Shown one piece after another: positions 37,801-49,107 of a stretch of DNA of 64,000 nt. The position numbers and the translations under genes are program-made. The notes under the pieces were generated by a model. That model did not search any database and was not told the DNA's origin. It worked only from the letters and a program-made list of their open reading frames with translations. This DNA is from Mobula hypostoma (Eukaryota): positions 81,966,001 to 82,030,000 of the forward strand of contig NC_086108.1 of the NCBI RefSeq assembly GCF_963921235.1, in the 5' to 3' direction. Within the stretch, counting starts at the first letter, position 1, and each line of letters opens with the position of its first letter.

Positions 37801-37836
37801 AGTCGACGTTTCAGGCTGAGACCCTTCGTCAGGACT
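37801..37836 (-). ncRNA. Minimal type I hammerhead ribozyme (Penelope-associated), intact core
   Basis: AGTC-CTGACGA-AGG(GTCTCAG)CCT-GAA-ACGT-C-GACT: stem I AGTC/GACT, stem II AGG/CCT, palindromic stem III ACGT, GUC cleavage triplet. Confidence 0.85.
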
Positions 37837-39387
37837 AACTGAAGGAAGAGTTAGTAAGAGAATTGAAAGTGGGGGGGGGGAGATCCAAAATGATAGGAGA
37901 AGACAGGAGGGGGAGGGATGGAGCCATGAGCTGGACAGGTGATAGGCAAAGGGGATATGAGAGGATCATTGATCAGGAGGCCCAGGGAGAAAGACAAGGG
38001 AGGGGGGAAAACCAGAGGATGGGCAAGGGGTATAGTGAGAGGGACAGAGGGAGAAAAAGGAGAGTGAGAGAAAGAATGTGTGTATAAAAATAAATAACAG
38101 ATGGGGTACGAGGGGGAGGTGGGGCATTAGCAGAAGTTAGAGAAGTCAATGTTCATGCCATCAGGTCGGAGGCTACCCAGACGGAATGTAAGGTGTTGTT
38201 CCTCCAACCTGAGTGTGGCTTCATCTTTACAGTAGAGGAGGCCATGGATAGACATGTCAGAATGGGAACGGGATGTGGAATTAAAATGTGTGGCCACTGG
38301 GAGATCCTGCTGTCTCTGGCGGACAGAGCGTAGGTGTTCAGCAAAGCGGTCTCCCAGTCTGCATCGGGTCTCGCCAATATATAGAAGGCCACATCGGGAG
38401 CACTGGACGCAGTATATCACCCCAGCCGACTCACAGGTGAAGTGTCACCTCACCTGGAAGGACTGTCTGTGGCCCTGAATGGTGGTGAGGGAGGAAGTGT
38501 AAGGGCATGTGTAGCACTTGTTCCGGTTCTCCGTAACTTCTGCCACCTCCAATGGGATCCCACCACTAAGCACATCTTTCCCTCCCCCCTCTCTCTGCTT
38601 TCCGCAGGGATCGCTCCCTACGCGACTCCCTTGTCCATTCGTCCCCCCCATCCCTCCCCACTGATCTCCCTCCTGGCGCTTATCCTTGTAAGCGGGACAA
38701 GTGCTACACATGCCTTTACACTTCCTCCCTTACCACCATTCAGGGCCCCAGACAGTCCTTCCAGGTGAGGTGACACTTCACCTGTGAGTCGGCTGGGGTG
38801 ATATACTGCGTCCGGTGCTCCCGATGTGTCCTTCTATATATTGGCGAGACCCGACACAGACTGGGAGACCGCTTTGCTGAACACCTACGCTCTGTCCGCC
38901 AGAGAAAGTAGGATCTCCCAGTGGCCACACAATTTAATTCCACATCCCATTCCCATTCTGACATGTCTATCCACGGCCTCCTCTGCTGTAAAGATGAAGT
39001 CACACTCAGGTTGGAGGAACAACACCTTATATTCCGTCTGGGTAGCCTCCAGCCTGATGGCATGAACATTGACTTCTCTAACTTCCGCTAATGCCCCACC
39101 TCCCCCTCGTACCCCATCCGTTATTTATTTTTATACACACATTCTTTCTCTCACTCTCCTTTTTCTGCCTCTGTCCCTCTGACTATACCCCTTGCTCATC
39201 CTCTGGTTTCCCCCCCCCCCTTGTCTTTCTACCTGGGCCTCCTGTCCCATGATCCTCTCATATCCCCTTTTGCCTATCACCTGTCCAGCTCTTGGCTCCA
39301 TCCCTCCCCCTCCTGTCTTCTCCTATCATTTTGGATCTCCCCCTCCCCCTCCCACTTTCAAATCTCTTACTAACTCTTCCTTCAGTT

Positions 39388-39423
39388 AGTCCTGACGAAG
39401 GGTCTCAGCCTGAAACATCGACT
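39388..39423 (+). ncRNA. Minimal hammerhead ribozyme copy
   Basis: AGTCCTGACGAAGGGTCTCAGCCTGAAACATCGACT; stem III ACGT changed to ACAT. Confidence 0.7.
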
Positions 39424-42400
39424 GTACCTCTTCCTGGAGATGCTGCCTGGCCTGCTGCGTTCACCAGCAACTTTGAAATAAGTAAATCAATTACAGTCAG
39501 TATATAAACGTGTATTAAATAGTTCAATTAAATATAGTGCAAAAACAAAAATAATTTAAAAAGTGAGGTAGTGTCCAAGGGTTCAATGTCCATTTAGATG
39601 GCAGAGGAGAAAAAGCTGAGTGTGCTGACTTTCTGAGACATCGCTCCCTAAAGATATCCTGGATACTTTGTAGGCTAGTACCCAAGATGGAACTGACTAG
39701 ATTTACAATCTTCTGCAGCTTCTTTCGATCCTGTGCAGTAGCCCTTCCATACCAGATAGTGATGCAGCCTGTCAGAATGCTCTCCATGGTACAACTATAG
39801 AAGTTTTTGAGAGTATTTGTTGACATGCCAGATCTCTTCAAACTCCTAATAAAGTATAGCCACTGTCTTGCCTTCTTTATAACTACATCGATAGGTTGGG
39901 ACCAGGTTCGTCCTCAGAGATCTTGACACCCAGGAGCTTGAAGCTGCTCACTCTCTCCACTTCTGGTCCCTCTATGAGGATTGGTATGTGTTCCTTCGTC
40001 TTACCCTTCCTGAAGTCCACAATCAGCTCTTTCAGCTTACTGACATTGACTGCCAGGTTGTTGCTATGGCACCACCACTCGTTGGTATATCTCTCTCATG
40101 TATGTCCTCTTGTCACCACCTGAGATTTTACCAATAATGGTTGTATCATCAGCAAGTTTATAGATGGTATTTGAGCTATGCCTAGCCACACAGTCGTGTA
40201 TACAGAGAATAGAGCAGTGGGCTAAGCACACACCCCTGAGGTGCGCCAGTGTTGATCGTCAGTGAGGAGGAGATGTTATCACCAATCTGCACAGATTGTG
40301 GTCTTCCGGTTAGGAAATCGAGGATACAATGGTAGAGGGGGGTACAGAGGCCCAGGTTCTGCAACTTCTCAATCAGGATTGTGGGAATGATGGTATTAAA
40401 TGCTGAGCTGTCGTCGATGAACAGCATCCTGACGTAGATGTTTGTGTTGTTCGGGTGGTCTAGAGCTGTGTAGAGAGCCATTGAGATTGCATCTGCCATT
40501 GACCTATTGTGGTGATAGGCAAAATACAATGGGTCCAGGTCCTTACTGAGGCAGGACTTCAGTCTAGTCATGACCGACCTCTCAAAGCATTTCATCACTG
40601 TCGATGTGAGTGCTACCAGGCGATAGTCATTAAGGCAGCCCACATTATTCTTCTTAGGCACTGGTATAAATGTTGCCTTTTTGAAGCAAGTGGGAACTTC
40701 TGCCTGTAGCAGTGAGAGGTTGAAAATGTCCTTGAATACTCCTGCTAGTTGGTTGGCACAGGTATTCAGAGCCTTACCAGGTACTCCATCGGGACCTTCC
40801 GCCTTAAGAGGGTTCACTGTCTTTAAAAACAGCCTAACATCGGCCTCTGAGATGGAGATCACAGGGTCATCAGGTGCAGCAGGGATCTTCACAGTTGTAG
40901 TTATATTCTCCCTTTCAAAGCATGCACAGAAAGTGTCGAGTTCATCTGGTAGTGAAGCATCGCTGCCATTCATGCTATTGGGTTTCGCTTTGTAGGAAGT
41001 AATGTCTTGCAGACCCTGCCAGAGTTGTCGTACATCTGATGTCACTCCAACCTCGTTCGAAATTGTCTCTTCACCCACCGCAAATCATACCTGGTTGGCT
41101 GGTACAGGCCTGGGTTGCCAAACTTGAATGCCACAGATCTAGACTTTAGCAGACGACGTACCTCCTGGTTCATCCACAGCTTTTGGTTTGGGAATGTACA
41201 GTAAGTCTTTGTGGGCACACACTCATCCACACTGATTTTAAGGAAGTCGGTAACAACTGCAACATACTCATCCAGGTTCGAAGATGAATCCTTGAATACA
41301 GTCCAGTCCACTGATTCAAAGCAGTCCTGTAGGCGCTCCTGTGCTTCCCTTGTCCATATCTTCTTGGTCCTCACTGCTGGTGCTGCAGTCTTCAGTCTCT
41401 GCCTGTACTCAGGGAGTAGAAGTACAGCCAGGTGATCAGACTTTCCAAAGTGAGGGCGTGGAATAGCACGGTAGGCATTCTTGATGGTGGTGTAGCAATG
41501 TCCCAGTGTGTTGTTTCCTCTGGTATTGCAAGTGATCTGTTGATGATAGTTGCTTAGTGATTTTTTCAGACTGTCCTGGTTAAAATCTCCCAGAACAATG
41601 AAAGGGTTAATCATATGAGCAGCAATCAAAGGCTCTGGGCCTGTATTTACTGCAACTTAGAAGAAAGAGGGAGGATCACATTGAAACCAATTGAATGTTG
41701 AAAAGCATCAACAGAGTGGATGTGAAGAAGATGGTTCCTTTGGTGGGCCATCTAGGATGGAGGAGACAGCCTCAAACTAGAGGGACATCCACTTAGAACA
41801 GAGATGAGGAGGAATTTCTTTAGCCAGAAGGTGGTGAATCTGTGGAATTCATTGCCACAGCTGGCTGTGGAGGCCAGGTCACTGAACGCAGTCCAGGCGG
41901 ATGTTGATAGGTTCTTGATTAGTCAGGACATGAGAAGTTCTGGAGAGAAGGCAGAAGAATGGGGTTGAGAGAGAAATGGATCAGCAATGATGAAATGCTA
42001 GGGTGGACCCGATGGGTTGAATGGCCTAATTCTACACCCATGTCTATGGTCTTATGGTCACATTGCTGGAGATTGTTGGCCAATGATTGATAGAAGTGTG
42101 TGGCACTGAATTGTGCCTGAGGTTAGGTATGCAATGGTGGTTTATAATACTGGAGGATGCATTCCTTGCTCTGAGTACATGTGAGATTACTAAACTTCTT
42201 GCAACAGTGCATTTGGATTTTCACGGGTCGGCTCTGGGTTTTGACCTCCACGAATATCTGTCTCCGTAGTTTTCAGAGTTTCTGTCTGAAAGACCTCCTG
42301 GCTCTCCAAAAATACTGGACCTCTCCTACTTTTCTTCACTTCCTTTAAGCCTCCATTCCACACCTGAGAACCTTGACTTGCTTCCTCCAATGTGGTGCAA

Positions 42401-42865
42401 TTAGTCATTCTTTCCCAGGGGACAGTTACTTCCTCCATGGATGCCTGTAACTACAGTTCACCTTCCCACCAAAGAGTGCACCTAACTCTAACTGGTGGCC
42501 GATGTACAGCAAACTGAATGCAAAAATCAGTTTTTTATATTTATGCATGTCAGTATCTTTAAATGTCCGGAACTAATTGCCCTTGAAGTTAGGACAGCAT
42601 TGGACATACAGGTCAGATTAATTCTTTCCCTGAAGGACAAAAGTAAATCAGATGAATATTGTATGACAATGTTTCTTGCTATTTAAAAAAATACTGATTT
42701 ATCAGATCCCCTTTGATGCCATGATTTGAACTTGTGTCGCTGGGTCAATGGTTCAGATTTCAGGCTGATAATTGAGTGACTTCACCACCAGACAACCATA
42801 AAGGATGTCACAGTTTTGAACAGATGGCACAAAATTGATGTGCTATTGTGACAAGTTTGAAATCT

Positions 42866-43079
42866 CAAACACGAGGAAATCTGCAGATGCTGGAATTTCA
42901 AGCAACACACATCAAAGTTGCTGGTGAATGCAGCAGGCCAGGCAGCATCTCTAGGAAGAGGTACAGTCGACGTTTCAGGCCGAGACCCTTCATTAGGACT
43001 CTCGGCCCGAAACGTTGACTGTACCTCTTCCTAGAGATGCTGCCTGGCCTGCTGCGTTCACCACCAACTTTAATGTATT
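42866..43079. mobile_element. Short palindromic Penelope-end element with TSD
   Basis: ~95-bp inverted arms centred on the hammerhead region; AAG(T/G)TTGAAATCT at 42853-42865 and 43080-43092. Confidence 0.85.
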
Positions 43080-46000
43080 AAGGTTGAAATCTGTTCAATT
43101 TAGTTATAAATAATTGTTCAAATAATATTTTAAAAAAGAGTAAAAATAATTTATTTCATGTAAATATCATTTCCTGTTGAGAAAAGAAAAGGGATATTAC
43201 TTGAAAACATGCAAATGTGTTTGGTTGAAAATTTTGAGGATCCGTATGCAAAGTATTCCTTCGTAGTATTGAGCAGTGAATTTGCCATCGACTTGTGAAG
43301 GCTCGCATTCAATCTTCAGCACGCAGCTGATTGCTCACGTCTGCCAGAATGCCCGGTGACGGGCGATTACCCCTCCCTCCTTCCAGAAAGCGACTGGTGA
43401 GTGAACACCCCGTGTTTATGTTTCGTTTCCCATATCCCCTTTACAATATCTGTTTCACAATGAGAAGGTGCAGATTAACTGAGCCATCGCAATACAAAGT
43501 TAAGGTACTGTGCAAGTTACAAGCAATGTGTCAAAGGCACTTTGGGAAAATTCTAACATTGCTACAACGAAGCAAAAACTTATTTTATTCCATGCACTAT
43601 CGGATCATTTAAATAGCATGTATGTATTTTATTGCATTGCTGATTTATTACTGCATTAAAAATCTGAAGTTCAGGCAGAAAATGACAATTTATTTGTTGA
43701 CAAACGAGAAAATCTGCAGATGCTGCAAATCCAAGCAACACACACTAAATGCTGGAGGAACTCAACAGGCCAGGCAGCATCTTTGGAAAAAAGTACAGTT
43801 GGCGTTTCTGGACGAAACCCTTCCGACTCTCAAAGACAATTAGGGATGGAACAATAGATGCTGATATTATCTGTATCTCATAAATTAATGTAAATTAAAA
43901 GGTTCCACTTTAATTTGTGGAAAGTTTAAACTTTGTGATATATAATTTAAAGAATAATGAGCCGATTGTAAGTGTAACACACACACAATCTGGAGGAACT
44001 CAGTAGGTCAGGCAGCTTCAATGGAGAGGATTTATTCCTCTCAGTAGATTAGATACTGCCATATCTGTTGAGTTCTTCCAGCATTTTCTGCCTGTTATGC
44101 TGTATTTCCAGCTGCAGAATCTCTTGTATTTATTCTGTCTGAATCTCAGCCAGCCTGTACAATGCTGTTTGCCCTCCACACACTCCAGTAAGTCAGAATT
44201 GGAAATGGGAATCTTGACTAGTTATCTTATCCTCAACCGTTGGGCTTCCAAAGATGCTACCTGATCGGCAGTGCGTTTCTAAAATTTCCTTGGGCAATCA
44301 GTATAATAGAGCATGTTCATCTCAAGCTTAAAAGCAGGCATCAAACAGAAAACAGATAGCATCTTTGGAAAGAGGAAACAGGTAATGTTTCAGATGTGAG
44401 ACCTTTCGTCTGACTTAAAACACTAGTCCATTTGTTTTTTCCTAATCATAAGGAAAGTGTACCAACATGTTTGCTTTCTTAGGAGGTTAAACAGGCTTGG
44501 CTTGTCACCGAGCCCTCTAACAAACTTCTACAGATATACTGTTGAAAATATCCTGACAGGTCTGGTACAGGAATTCTTACAGATGTGTATAATTTGCTTG
44601 ATTTCTGTTTGCTTATGAACGTTGCTCATATGATGCAGTGTCTGTAATGATGCAAAAAGTAAGTTTTTTTTTAATTGCACCGGTGCATATGACAAGTCAG
44701 CCTTGACCTTCCACAGATGCCAACTAAATTGATAAGTGTTTACGGTATTCATACAGCATAGAAACAGGCTCTTCAGCCTAACTTGGCCTTGCCAACTGTG
44801 TTGCCAGGCAAGATGTTTGCACTCGATCCACAGTACTCTAAACCCCTCCTATCCATGTATTTAGCTTAGATGGCTTTTAAATATTGCTAATTTGTCCACT
44901 TGAACTACTATTTTTGGCAGTTCATTCCCAATATGCACCCTTGTTTTGTGTGAACAAATGCCCTGATGTCATAGAAGAGTACAGCACAGAAACAGGCCAT
45001 TCGGCCCACAATGTTGTGCCAAACCAGGTAAAAAGCAAATCAAGAACACCCAAACACTAGTCCCTGCAACCCTCACCATGTCCATAACTCTCCATTTTCT
45101 TTACATCCATATGCCTAGCCAAGTGTTTCTTAAAAGCCTCCAATATATTTGCCTCTACCACTATACCAGGCAAAACATTCTAGGCATCCACAACTCACTG
45201 AGTAAAGTAACTTACCCCTCACATCCCCTTTGAACCTACCCTCCTCACCTTCAATACTTGCCCTCTGGTGTTAGATACATCAACCCTGGGAAACAGATAC
45301 TCCCTGTCTATTCTACCGATGCCTCTTGTAATCTTGTAAACCTCTATCAGATCTCCCCTCGGCCTCAGGCACTCCAGAGAAAATAACCCAAGTTTATCCA
45401 GCCTCTCGTGACAGCACATGCCTGCTAAACCAGGCAGCATCCTGGTAAACCTCTTCTGAACCCTCTCCAAAGCCTCAACATCCTTCCTATAGTGGGGCAA
45501 CCAGAATTGTATGCAATATTCCAGATGTGGCCTAACCAGAGTTTTATAAAGTTGAAATATAATCTCTTGACTTTTGAACTCAATGCCTCGACTAATCAAA
45601 GCAAGCATTCCATAAGCCGTCTTAACCACCTTATTAACTTTTGTAGCCACTTTCAAGGAGTTGTAAACTTGGATCCCAAGATCTCTCTACTCAGCAACAA
45701 TATTAATGAAGAGTGTATTGTCTCCTTGCATTTGCCCTACCAGGGTGCAACACCTCACATTTATTTGGGTTAAACTTCATCTGCCATTTCTCAGCCCATA
45801 TCTGCAGCTGATCAATATTGCGCTGCATTCTTTGCCGGTCCTCTACACGATCCACAACTCCACCAATCGTGGTATCATCTGCAAATTTACTAACCCACCC
45901 ATCTACATTTTCATCCAGGTCATTTATGTACATCACAAACAGCAGAGGTCCGACCAGAGTTCCCTGTGGAACATCACTAATTACCGACCTCCAACTCGAA

Positions 46001-48815
46001 TAAGTCCCTTCAACCACTACTCTCTGCCTTCTATGTGCAAGCCAGTTCTGCATCCAAACAGACAACTCACCGCAGATCCTGTGCATCTTAATCTTCTGGA
46101 TTAGCCTCCCATGAGGGACTTCGTCAAACACTTTACTAAAATCCATATAGACAACATCCACTACCCTACCCTCATCAATCTCTCTTGTCACCCTGTCAAA
46201 AAACTCAATCAAGTTGGTAAGACATGATCTGCCATGCTGACTCTCCCTAATTAGGCCAAATGCTTATATATCCTATCCTTAAGAAATTTCTCCAGTAATT
46301 TCCCTACAACTGATGTGAGACTCAAGGGCCTTTAGTTCCCAGGATTTTCCCTTGTTCCCTTCTTAAATAGAGGTACAACACTAGTCACTCGCCAGTCCTC
46401 CGAGACCTCGCCTGTGCCTAGAGAGGACGTGAAGATACTGGTCAAGGCCCCAGCGATCTTGTCTGTTGCCTCCTTCAATAACCTGGGGTAAATCCTATCA
46501 GGCCCTGGGGACGTATCCACCTTAATACACATTAGAAGGCCCAACAGTTCCTCCTCCTTGACCTCTAAATGCCCCAACATATTTATGCACTCAGCACTAA
46601 TCTCCTGGTCCTCAAATACTGAAGTAAATTACTCATTAAGTATCTCAGTCACATTCCCTGCATTCAAAAATATTCCCTCCTTTATCCTTGAGTTGTCCCA
46701 CCCTCTCCCTGGTTATCCTCTTGCTCTTGATGGATGTAGAGAATGCCTTGAGATTCTTGTCCTACTTGACAAGGACTTTTCATGGCCCTTCCTGGCTTTC
46801 CTAATTCCCGTTAGTTCTTTTCTGGCTTCTTTATACTCATCATGTGCTCCGTTTGATCATAACTTCTGAAGCTTTATACATTTTTCCTTTTTCTTCTTGA
46901 CTAGATTCATGACCTCTCTGGACATCCAAGGTTCTGTTATCTTTCCATCCCCATCTTTCCTTCTAATGGGAACATACCTTTCCTGTACTCTGCAATTGAT
47001 CTTTAAGCACCCTCCACATGTCTGATGTGGACTTGCCAGAGAAAAATTGTTCCCACTTAACGCTTCTTAGTTCCTGCTGAATGCCCTCATAATTTTCCCT
47101 ACTCCAATTTAAAACTCTCCAAAAGGACCATATCTATCCTTATCTACAACTTTCCTGAAAGTTAAGGAATTGTGGTCACTGTTCCCAAACTGCTCACCCT
47201 CTGAAAGGTCAATCACCTGGCTAGGCTCATTATCCAACACCAGGTCTGGTACCACCTCTCGTTAGACCATCAGTATCTTGATTTAAGAAACCTTCCTGGA
47301 TGCACTTAACAAATTCTGCCCATCTAATCCCCTTGCACTAAGAAGGACCTAGTTTATATTAGGAAAGTTGAAATCCCCCATGACAACAACCCTATTATTT
47401 TTACACATTTCCATACACTGATTGCATATCAATATCCCAGTGGCTATTAGAGGTCTTTAGTACAATCAGTGTGATTGAACCCTTCCTATTCCTGATTTCT
47501 ACCCAATTGTCTGACTCCTCCACTATGTCTCCCCTGGGTGCAGCTGTGATATTGTCCCTGACCCCACCCCCCTTTTACCTTCTCCTTTATCTTCTCTAAA
47601 ACATTGAAAATCTGGTACATTAATCACATGTTCCTGCTCCTCTCTCAACCAAGTTTCAGCAATAGCTACAACAATGTAGTTCCAGGTACTGATCCATGCT
47701 CTAAGTTCATCACCCTTACCCATAATACTCCTAGCATTAAAACATGCATACATTAAACTATCCTGCTTAACATACCCATTTCAATACTTTCTGTAACATC
47801 TACCTTCTGGTACAATCCTTCCCTTACTGACCTGGGGCTCTGATTCCCAGCCACCTGCAAAACTGGTTTAAACTCCCCGGAGTTAGCATCAGCAAACTTC
47901 CCGGCCATGGTATTGGTTCCCCTCCAGTTCAGGTGCAACCTGTCGTTGTATAGGTCACCCCTTTCCCAGAAAAGATTCCAATGATCCAAGAACTTGAAAC
48001 CCTGTCCCCTGCACCATCTCCTCAGCCACTCATTCATCCGTGCTATCGCCCCATTCCTACCTGCACTAGCCTGTGGCATAGGGAATAATCCAGAGATTAC
48101 TACTTTAGAGGTTTCTCTCTTCATTCTCTTCCCTAACTCTATATACTCACTGTGTAGGACCTCTTCCCCTTTTCTGCCTATGTCATTGGTGCCCAAATGC
48201 ACCACAACCTCTAGCTGTTACCCCTCCCCCTTGAGAATATCCTGCAGCCACTCCAATACATCATGGACCTTAGCACCCAGGAAGGAACACACCATCCTGG
48301 TGCCTCCTGCGGCCACAGAATCTCCTTTCTGTTCCCCTAACTATCGAGTCCCCTATATCTACTGCACTGCCAGATTTCACCCTTACCTTTCGAGCCTCCA
48401 AGCTGGCCACAGTGCCACCAGCCTGGCTCTGCGGCTGTGATCTAATGGATCATCCTTCTCCCAGCAGTGTCCAAAGAGGAACACTTGTTGCTGAGGGGAA
48501 TGGCCACAGGGGACCCTACACTGACTTCTTAATCCCCTCTCTCTGCTGGTGGTCACCCAGCTACTGTCCAAAGGCTGTACTCTGGGTGTAACCACCTCTT
48601 CAAAAGTCTCATCTATAATATCTTCAGCCTCCTGAGTGATCCTGAGTACTCCAACTCCTTGACCCGATCAAATACACTAAATTTGGCTGCGCTTCCTGCA
48701 GATGTAGTTGTCAGGGAAACAGTCAGCTATCCCAAATTCCCACATTCGACAGGAGGAACGTTCCATCCTGACTACTCTATACAAAAAAAAAGAAAAAAGG
48801 CTTACCTCTTCTTAA

Positions 48816-49107
48816 AACGCAAACAACAGGAATTCTGCAGGTGCTGGAAATTCAAGCAAAACACATCAAAGTTGCTGGTGAACGCAGCAGGCCAGGCAGC
48901 ATCTCTAGGAAGAGGTACAGTCGACGTTTCAGGCCGAGACCCTTCGTCACGAGTAACTGATCTTCCCCTCCCCCTCCCACTTTCAAATCGCTTACTAACT
49001 CTTCCTTCAGTTAGTCCTGACGAAGGGTCTGGGCCTGAAACATCGACTGTACCTCTTCCTAGATATGCTGCCTGGCTTGCTGCGTTCACCAGCAACTTTG
49101 ATGTGTG
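48816..49107. mobile_element. Palindromic Penelope-end element with a 14-bp TSD, inside the CR1 5' region
   Basis: TTACCTCTTCTTAA at 48802-48815 and 49108-49121; inverted arms. Confidence 0.9.
49013..49048 (+). ncRNA. Minimal hammerhead ribozyme copy
   Basis: AGTCCTGACGAAGGGTCTGGGCCTGAAACATCGACT. Confidence 0.7.

Larger units (their letters stand above)
37705..39475. mobile_element. Penelope-like element as an inverted (fold-back) pair with a 15-bp TSD
   Basis: GIY-YIG domain IYCVQCSRCGLLYIGETRCRLGDRFAEH (38127-38420, -) mirrored on +; TSD AAATAAGTAAATCAA at 37690-37704 and 39476-39490. Confidence 0.95.
37602..41605 (-). mobile_element. 5'-truncated Rex1/Babar LINE (endonuclease part and RT), 3' UTR split by the Penelope insertion
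   Basis: ORFs 41042-41629 (LGDFN, GKSDH) and 40182-41078 (CLNDYRLVALTS, SAFNTI, PQGCVLSPLLYSLYT); TCTGAT tail at ~37603-37615. Confidence 0.92.
34365..42057 (+). mobile_element. CR1 LINE (ORF1 esterase, endonuclease, RT start to ~37600; 3' end ~41610-42057) hosting several insertions
   Basis: ORF1 SGNH-like remnants (GQGFRFIHRWDFFWGR), ORF2 QHGFLKGKSCRTNLLEFFEEITSR, CR1 3' tail. Confidence 0.85.

Noticed and set aside
38127..38420. Stand-alone GIY-YIG nuclease gene or homing endonuclease
   Set aside because: It is the C-terminal domain of a truncated Penelope-like element
47753..48205. Host SGNH esterase gene
   Set aside because: It is the ORF1 esterase domain of a CR1 LINE, directly upstream of ORF2
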